From: Polyangiales bacterium
Lineage (GTDB): Bacteria; Myxococcota_A; Polyangia; Polyangiales; Ga0077539
Assembly: GCA_044229975.1 (NCBI GenBank)
Contig: JBGARZ010000001.1
Coordinates: 192,001-256,000 of the forward strand
DNA length: 64,000 nucleotides
Direction of reading: 5' to 3'
The position numbers were made by a program, and so were the translations under genes. Under the pieces are notes generated by a model. The model searched no databases. It saw nothing but the letters and a program-made list of their open reading frames with translations, and had not been told where the DNA came from. Below, in pieces: positions 58,501 to 64,000 of the stretch (the first letter of the stretch is position 1; every line of letters begins with the position of its first letter).

Positions 58501-60857
58501 GCGACGTGCGCCACTGCGGCGGCTGCGGACGGGCGTGCAGCGCCACCAACGGCTCGCCGACGTGCAGCGCGGGAGCGTGCGGCATCACCTGCTCGGCGGG
58601 CTTCGGCAACTGCGACCTGAGCGCTGGCAACGGTTGTGAGGTCGACACCAACGTCACCCTCGCCCACTGCGGTGGCTGCGGCCGCGCGTGCAGCCTCGCC
58701 AACGCCACGCCGGTCTGCACCGCGGGGGCGTGCGCCGTGTCGAGCTGCGCCGCCGGCTTCGGCAACTGCGATGGCGTCGCCAGCAACGGCTGCGAGGCCA
58801 ACTTCGCCACCAACGCGGCCCACTGCGGCCGCTGCGGAAACGCCTGCGGCGCGGGCTTCTTCTGCGCGGGGGGCACCTGCACCCGCGACTGCGGGTCGCT
58901 CACCAACTGCTCCAACGTGTGCGTCAACGTGCAGACCGACGCGGCCAACTGCGGCGGCTGCGGGACGGCGTGCACCTACCCCAGCGCGACGGGCGTGTGC
59001 TCCGCGGCGACGTGCTCGCTGGGCGCCTGCAACGCCGGCTTCGGCAACTGCGACGCGGTCGCGAGCAACGGCTGCGAGACCAACACCAACACCACCCTCG
59101 CCCACTGCGGCGGCTGCGGGATGGCGTGCGCGCCGGCCAACGCCACCGGGAGGTGCACGGCGGGCGCGTGCGGCATCGCGGCGTGCGCCGCGGGCTGGGG
59201 CAACTGCGACGGCGCGGTGGGCAACGGCTGCGAGACCAACACCACCACCTCGGTGGCCAACTGCGGCGCTTGCGGCACCGTCTGCACCCCGCCCGCCGAC
59301 GGCACCGCGGTGTGCACCGGCTCGGTCTGCGACTTCACCTGCAACGCCGGGTACTACCGCGTCGGGACGCAGTGCGTGGGCATCCCCAACCCGCGGCAGC
59401 TATCGCCCATGTCCACGTCGACGGCGACCACGCAGCGGCCGACCTTCCGCTGGACCAACGCCGCAGGCTTCACCGAGGCGCGCATCCAGCTCTGCACGCA
59501 GCGCTCGTGCGCGACGGTGGCGCAGACCGCGGACGTCACCGGGTCGTCGTGGGCGCCGACGGCCAACCTCGCGCGGGGCGTGTGGTTCTGGCGCGTCGCG
59601 GGGCGGCAGGGCGCCAGCGTGGGCTTCGTGTACTCGCCGGTGTGGGAGGTGTTCGTCCCCGCCGTCGGCATCGCGGCGCGAGCGGGGTCGTTTGGCGCCA
59701 TCAACGACGTCAACGGCGACGGGTACGCCGACCTCGTCGTGGGCAGCAACCAGGGCGAGAACGTCTACATCTATCACGGCGCCGCGGGCGGCCTGCCGGG
59801 CTCGGCCTCGCAGGCGCCGCTCACGGCCGTCGCGGGCAACCGCTTCGGCTACGCGGTCGAGGCCGCGGGCGACGTCAACGGCGACGGCTACGGCGACGTC
59901 ATCATCGGCCTGCCAGGCGCCAGCACCGCGCGGGTGTACCGCGGGTCGGCGGCCGGGCTGACCGCCGCGGGCTTCACGACCATCAGCGTGAGCGGCACGA
60001 CGGGCTTCGGCGGCTCGGTCTCCTGGGCGGGCGACGTCGACGGCGACGGCTACGGCGACGTGATCGTGGGCGCGTGCTGGAGCGGCGCGGCGTGCTCGAA
60101 CCAGGCGTTCTTGTTCCGCGGGTCGACGCGCGGGCCTATCGCGACGCCGCACCGCATCTACAATTCGCCGTCGACGGGGCAGACCAACTTCGGTCGGCGC
60201 GTGCGCGGCCTCGGGCTCGCCGACAACGACGACCTCGCGGACGTCGCGGTCAGCTCGGACAGCGCGATCTCCGTCTACTACGACGGCACCAACACCGTCG
60301 GCACGAGCATCACGGTGAGCAACTTCACCGACTTCGACGCCGCGATGGACGTCAACAACGACGGCTACGGCGACCTCGTCTGGGCCAACCGCATCAGCAC
60401 CGCGGCGGTCGCGCAGAACGTCTTCATCCACCACGGCTCGGCCACGGGGATCTCGGTCACCAACAATTTCACCTTCCGCGCGGCGGTGACCTCGTACGGC
60501 GTGTGGGTGGCGGGCGTCGGCGACGTCGACGGCGACGGCTACGGCGACCTGCTCTACAGCTACCAGGGCAACTCGGCGGCGGTGCGCTACGGCAGCAGCG
60601 CGGGCATCGGGGCGCGCGGCAACGCGCTCACGACCATCGCGGGGACGGGCTACGCGCGCGGCGTGTCGCGCCTCGGTGACACCAACGGCGACGGCTTCAA
60701 CGACGTGTGGGTGGGCGCGCCGGACTGGTCGGGGGAGTTCCTGTGCACCGACGAGCAGTACATCCACCGCGGCGCGGCGGGCGCGATCACGCTGGGCGGG
60801 ACGGCCATCACGCCGGTCGACAACGGCTGCGTGGACTACAGCCCGTCGCTGGAGTGA
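55536..60857 (+). CDS. Giant Cys-rich repeat surface lipoprotein with C-terminal FG-GAP (integrin-alpha-like) propeller
   Basis: LALSC lipobox; about 19 DC.G..NGCE..HCG.CG repeats; seven D-x-D/N-x-D-G-like motifs. Confidence 0.88.
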   Translation: MDDMGFLRYAVPMVALRSVLGVRPFALALLSLTLALSCTAPSPPVGQCRYDSDCSDGQICQGTTCRATCRTTTDCPTGQTCQERDGARACVPMGAPGECAFASDCPAGRICTQDGACRPPCVQNYDCEVINPFMSCREGACVLTCSAGRGDCNVDPVDGCETDLRSALHCGACGTVCTAPAHAVSACGATGCTFTCEPGFGDCDGDATNGCEADLSRPDHCGTCETVCGGASPLCTVSITGGVRRASCAVACSGETPDRCGDSCVNRVNDPGHCGACDNRCPGGPRGAAVCVASECVLRCDDATAVGDCDGVASNGCETDVTAAAPHCGACGNVCAAAPNSTPACMRGACAVVCATGFGNCDSAPANGCEVDLAATPAHCGTCGNACPARPHAAATCADSRCGFTCDAGFADCDGDPSNGCEVELATAPANCGACGSACVVANGVAGCAAGACTLARCNEGFGDCDGDPGNGCETNLGTNATHCGACGTRCSFPGAGARCNAGRCESTQVCMPSTLGDCDGNASNGCETDLLTSSAHCGTCGAACSLPNAESSCGAGRCAIVRCNAGFADCDGMPANGCETNLNTSATACGRCGNACSTSNATPACAAGVCRLTCAVDFADCDGNLGNGCETPTNSSTAHCGGCGRACSLPNATPVCTNSRCAVASCAAGTADCNAAAADGCEVVLGTSVLHCGMCGRACSLANATAACTGGSCTIARCNAGFGDCDGDPSNGCETNLATTPAHCGRCGGACGAINGSATCTAGACGITCATGYGNCDGSLVNGCETLTTSSNSHCGRCNNACGTGFVCSAGACGSVCGSGTTFCSGACVNTQTSPANCGACGVTCPGAANATATCASGACSFRCSAGFGDCDGSAANGCETSFATSPAHCGGCGNACNPTNGTPTCAAGACGITCATGFGNCDGSAANGCEVDLRSTVTSCGSCGAACSLPNATPACMASACAVSSCTTGFANCDAVASNGCEIDQRSDVRHCGGCGRACSATNGSPTCSAGACGITCSAGFGNCDLSAGNGCEVDTNVTLAHCGGCGRACSLANATPVCTAGACAVSSCAAGFGNCDGVASNGCEANFATNAAHCGRCGNACGAGFFCAGGTCTRDCGSLTNCSNVCVNVQTDAANCGGCGTACTYPSATGVCSAATCSLGACNAGFGNCDAVASNGCETNTNTTLAHCGGCGMACAPANATGRCTAGACGIAACAAGWGNCDGAVGNGCETNTTTSVANCGACGTVCTPPADGTAVCTGSVCDFTCNAGYYRVGTQCVGIPNPRQLSPMSTSTATTQRPTFRWTNAAGFTEARIQLCTQRSCATVAQTADVTGSSWAPTANLARGVWFWRVAGRQGASVGFVYSPVWEVFVPAVGIAARAGSFGAINDVNGDGYADLVVGSNQGENVYIYHGAAGGLPGSASQAPLTAVAGNRFGYAVEAAGDVNGDGYGDVIIGLPGASTARVYRGSAAGLTAAGFTTISVSGTTGFGGSVSWAGDVDGDGYGDVIVGACWSGAACSNQAFLFRGSTRGPIATPHRIYNSPSTGQTNFGRRVRGLGLADNDDLADVAVSSDSAISVYYDGTNTVGTSITVSNFTDFDAAMDVNNDGYGDLVWANRISTAAVAQNVFIHHGSATGISVTNNFTFRAAVTSYGVWVAGVGDVDGDGYGDLLYSYQGNSAAVRYGSSAGIGARGNALTTIAGTGYARGVSRLGDTNGDGFNDVWVGAPDWSGEFLCTDEQYIHRGAAGAITLGGTAITPVDNGCVDYSPSLE

Positions 60858-60861
60858 GTCG

Positions 60862-61656
60862 TTAGCGCTTGTGCTTCTGGGCGTCCGACATCGCGGTGGC
60901 GATGCGGGCGCTCCCGCTCGCCTTGGTGAGCGCCGTCACGATCGCGGGCGAGACCGAGAAGAGGCCCGCCCCGAGCACCTGCTCGAAGGCCGCGACGTTG
61001 AGCTCGGCCTGGTTGCGCTCGACGCAGCGCATGACGGCGCGCGCGACGTCCTCGGGGCTGCGGGTTCCTGCGCCGGGCGGGAGCTGCACCTTCGTCTCGG
61101 CGAACATCCCCGCCTCGCGGATGAACCCCGGAAACACCGTGCTCACCCCGACGCCGCGCTCTTCGAGGTCGCCGCGCAGCGCGAGGGCGAAGCCGCGCAT
61201 CCCGAACTTGGTGGCGTTGTAGAGCGACTGCCCCGCCGTCGCGACCTTCCCCGAGATCGACGAGATGAACACGATGCTCCCTCGGCCCTTCGCGGCCATG
61301 CGCTCGCCGAAGTAGCGGGCGCTCTGCACGGGCGCGCGGAGGTTGACGTCGAACACCTTGTCGATCTGCTCGGCGCTGTACTCCAGCAGCGGTCCGCTGC
61401 CCGGGAGCGCGGCGTTGAGCACGGCGATGTCCACGTCACCGGCCTCGGTGTGCATGCGGTCGACGTCCTCGCGCCTGGCGAGGTCGGCCACGATGACGCG
61501 CGCGCCGGTCTCCTTCGCGATGGCTTCGAGCGCGTCGGGACGGCGGCCGGTGACGATGATCTTCGCGCCCGCGGCGTGGAGCGAGCGCGCGATGGCCATG
61601 CCGATGCCGCCGTTGGCGCCCGTGATGAGCGCGACCGTGTCTGGGGTGATCTTCAT
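60862..61656 (-). CDS. SDR oxidoreductase
   Basis: TGANGGIG, LNAA, YNATK. Confidence 0.9.
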   Translation of the reverse strand: MKITPDTVALITGANGGIGMAIARSLHAAGAKIIVTGRRPDALEAIAKETGARVIVADLARREDVDRMHTEAGDVDIAVLNAALPGSGPLLEYSAEQIDKVFDVNLRAPVQSARYFGERMAAKGRGSIVFISSISGKVATAGQSLYNATKFGMRGFALALRGDLEERGVGVSTVFPGFIREAGMFAETKVQLPPGAGTRSPEDVARAVMRCVERNQAELNVAAFEQVLGAGLFSVSPAIVTALTKASGSARIATAMSDAQKHKR

Positions 61657-61695
61657 GGCCGCAGCGGGTATCCCAGCTCCGCCGGGGCCGCAAGC

Positions 61696-62643
61696 TCAGG
61701 CCGGGGGAACGGGGCCCCAGTTGATGCGCTCGCGCTCCACGACGAGCGGGAGCTTCCGCACGTGGATGTGGATGGAGTTGATGTACTCGCCGAGGATGCC
61801 GATGAAGAAGAGCTGCACCGACGCGAAGAAGAAGAACCCGATGAGAATGGGCGCCGTGCCGAGGGTGAAGCGGTCCCAGAACACGAGCTTGGCGACGAGG
61901 TAACCCAACGACAGCAGGAGGCTGAGCCCCGACAGGATGAAGCCCGCGAAGGTGGCGAGTCGCAGCGGCGCGACCGAGTGCTTCACGATGCCGAGGATGG
62001 CGAGGTCGTAGAGCGTGAAGAAGTTGTTCTTGGTGATGCCGCGCACGCGGCGGGGCTTGTCGAAGAGCACGCGCGCTGGGGGGTAGCCGATCTCCGAGAT
62101 GAGCCCGCGGAAGTACGGCTGCGGGTCGTCGATGTGCCGCAGCGCCTCGATGACGGCCTGATCGTAGAGGCCGAAGCCGGTGAAATTCTGGATGGGCCGC
62201 ACGTCGGAGATGCGGTGGATGAGCGCGTAGAAGGTGCCGCGAAGCACCCGGTACACGAAGCTCTCGTCGGTGGTGCGCTTCACCGCCGCGACGATCTTGG
62301 AGCCCTCCTCCCACTTCGCGACGAGCTCGGGGATGAGCGCGGGCGGGTCCTGGAGATCGGACGCCATCATGATGACGGCATCGCCGCGACACTGGAGCAG
62401 GCCGTGGTGGGGCGAGCGCACGTGGCCGAAGTTGCGGACGTTGAGGATCGCCTTCACCGCAGGGTCCTTGGCGGCGAGGGCGCGCAGCTCGGCGACGGTT
62501 CCGTCGGTGGAGCAGTTGTCGATGAAGACGAACTCCAGCGTGTGCTGTGGCAGGCGATCGAAGACCGCCCGCACCTGTGTGTACAGCTCCGTGATGTTGC
62601 CCTCTTCGTTGTAACAGGGCGCCAGGACGGTGATGAGCGGCAT
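61696..62643 (-). CDS. GT2 glycosyltransferase (GtrB/ArnC-like polyprenyl-phosphate glycosyltransferase)
   Basis: PCYNEE, DNCSTDGT, RNFG, SDLQDPP, two C-terminal TM helices. Confidence 0.9.
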   Translation of the reverse strand: MPLITVLAPCYNEEGNITELYTQVRAVFDRLPQHTLEFVFIDNCSTDGTVAELRALAAKDPAVKAILNVRNFGHVRSPHHGLLQCRGDAVIMMASDLQDPPALIPELVAKWEEGSKIVAAVKRTTDESFVYRVLRGTFYALIHRISDVRPIQNFTGFGLYDQAVIEALRHIDDPQPYFRGLISEIGYPPARVLFDKPRRVRGITKNNFFTLYDLAILGIVKHSVAPLRLATFAGFILSGLSLLLSLGYLVAKLVFWDRFTLGTAPILIGFFFFASVQLFFIGILGEYINSIHIHVRKLPLVVERERINWGPVPPA

Positions 62644-62682
62644 CGGGGGGAATGGTCTACGGGGCGGTCGGGCGGTGTGACG

Positions 62683-63960
62683 TCAGCGCGGCGGCGTGAT
62701 GACGTAGGGGAACATCATGTTCTGCGTCGGCGAGCGGAAGGCCGGGAAGTGGGCGCGACGGACGACGCCTTCGATGCAGCTACCCACCGGCGATCCGGCG
62801 AACTGGCCGCTCACCGTGGCGGAGCGCACGGCGCCGTCGTTGCCGATGACGATGGCCACCGGCGCGGTGCCCGTCTCGCCGCCCGCGCATGAGCGCACGG
62901 GGCCGCTGAGGGGGGACAACACACCCATGATCTGCGAGCGGGTGAGGCGCTCGGGGAGGTCGGGCGCGGCGGCAGCGGCGGGCGCGGCGGCGGCCGTGGT
63001 GTTGGGCGCCACGCGGTTCATGATGTCGTCGAGGGAGCCACCGCCGGCAGCCGGACGCGCCGAGGCCGGAGCGGCAGCGGCGGGCGTCGCTGCACCACCG
63101 CGCGCAGCGGTCGGCGCGGGCGCGGCCGGAGGCGGAGCGGCCGGCGCGGGCGCAGCAGCGACCACCGGAGGCGTCGTCGGCGCGGGCGCCGCGGCGCGCG
63201 CGGGGGCAGGCGCTTCGGCGCGCTCGTGCCGCGCGGGCGCACGGTCGGCGGGCGCCGCGGCGGCGTGGGCTTGCGCGGGGGCCTGCACCGCGGGCTCCGG
63301 GGCCGGAGCCGATTCAGCCGCGGGTGTCGGCGTGGGCGCCGCGGCGACCACGGGCGCCGACTCGGGCTGCGCCACCGGCGGTGGGGGCGCGACGACGACG
63401 GGCGCGGGCGCAGGCGGCTCGGTCGGAGCAGCGGGCGTCGCGGTCGCGGTGGGCGCGTTGGAGTCGACGGCGCCGGGCGAGGTGGGCGACGGGCTCTGCG
63501 TGGAGTTGTAGACGAAGAAGGCCGCGGCCATGACGACCATGCCGCCGATGGCCCACACCGGGCCACCGACGCGCGAGGGCGGCGGAGCGTCGGGCAAGGG
63601 CACCGCCGCGGGCTTGGCGACGACCATGACGTCGTCCTTCTTCGCCGCGGGCTTCGCGTCGGCCTTCGGGGTCTCCCCGGGCTTCGCGGCCTCGGCCTTC
63701 GGGGCCTCCTTCGCGGGCTCAGGCGCGGCGGCCGCGGGCGGCGGCGCCGAGGCGGCGGCGTCGCGGGCGATGGCCGAGAGCTGCTTGATGTCGACGATGC
63801 CCGAGCTGGTGTCATCGGCGTCGTCGACGATGGAGGCCACCGCGTGCGGACGAACCGACGGCACCGCGCCGGGCGCGAGGGAGGTGCGGGTCAGGGCCGC
63901 GAGGTTCTCGAGGTCCGGGTCGTGTTCGTTGGGCTCGGACATGGCAGGTCGTGTCTCCAT
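62683..63960 (-). CDS. Bitopic Pro/Ala-rich protein with TonB-C/AgmX-like C-terminal domain
   Basis: SGIVDIKQL motif, one TM helix, long PA stalk, C-terminal two-Cys domain (VRSC..GAVRSA..GSCI..AHFP). Confidence 0.65.
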   Translation of the reverse strand: METRPAMSEPNEHDPDLENLAALTRTSLAPGAVPSVRPHAVASIVDDADDTSSGIVDIKQLSAIARDAAASAPPPAAAAPEPAKEAPKAEAAKPGETPKADAKPAAKKDDVMVVAKPAAVPLPDAPPPSRVGGPVWAIGGMVVMAAAFFVYNSTQSPSPTSPGAVDSNAPTATATPAAPTEPPAPAPVVVAPPPPVAQPESAPVVAAAPTPTPAAESAPAPEPAVQAPAQAHAAAAPADRAPARHERAEAPAPARAAAPAPTTPPVVAAAPAPAAPPPAAPAPTAARGGAATPAAAAPASARPAAGGGSLDDIMNRVAPNTTAAAAPAAAAAPDLPERLTRSQIMGVLSPLSGPVRSCAGGETGTAPVAIVIGNDGAVRSATVSGQFAGSPVGSCIEGVVRRAHFPAFRSPTQNMMFPYVITPPR

Positions 63961-64000
63961 CGGTGAAGCGTCGTCGTCGCGGAAGGCGGGCGGCGCGGAG

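Noticed and set aside
55467..59105. 1212-aa minus-strand ORF and the many similar long Arg/Ala/Gly-rich ORFs (e.g. 28681-30735, 33348-36083, 14756-16642)
   Set aside because: Antisense or off-frame shadows of well-supported genes, expected at high GC; no motifs
55980..59300. Regularly spaced AACGGCTGCGAG repeats resembling a CRISPR array
   Set aside because: In-frame coding repeats (NGCE) with similar spacers and no cas genes

Overview
High-GC bacterial window whose gene repertoire points to a myxobacterium (Myxococcota, probably Polyangiales-like; this is an inference). It carries eukaryote-like Ser/Thr kinases, FHA proteins, Cys-rich repeat lipoproteins and a TSP3/OmpA protein. About 54 genes can be supported, and most other long ORFs in the track are GC-rich shadow frames. 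Core and metabolic genes include a galT-like fragment, acyl-CoA dehydrogenases, the aguA-aguB-ldcA-ruvX-mltG operon, rlmI-like, mpl, an RNase R-family gene and pqqCDE. An accessory block at about 31.0-40.9 kb holds a Uma2 nuclease, a nucleotidyltransferase, an orphan VgrG/PAAR-peptidase/immunity/TagH type VI module and a decayed Septu-like ATPase+HNH pair. The most striking candidate for a new system is at 13.9-16.7 kb. There a radical SAM/SPASM enzyme with an RRE-like N-terminus lies 6 bp downstream of a 428-aa protein ending in a His tract and a 14-Cys (SSDC)n tail, which suggests an uncharacterised thioether-crosslinking system acting on a large protein-fused precursor. No rRNA, tRNA, CRISPR array or transposase was recognised. 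All family calls come from motif recognition by eye, not database searches. Many start codons were re-assigned from the ORF track.
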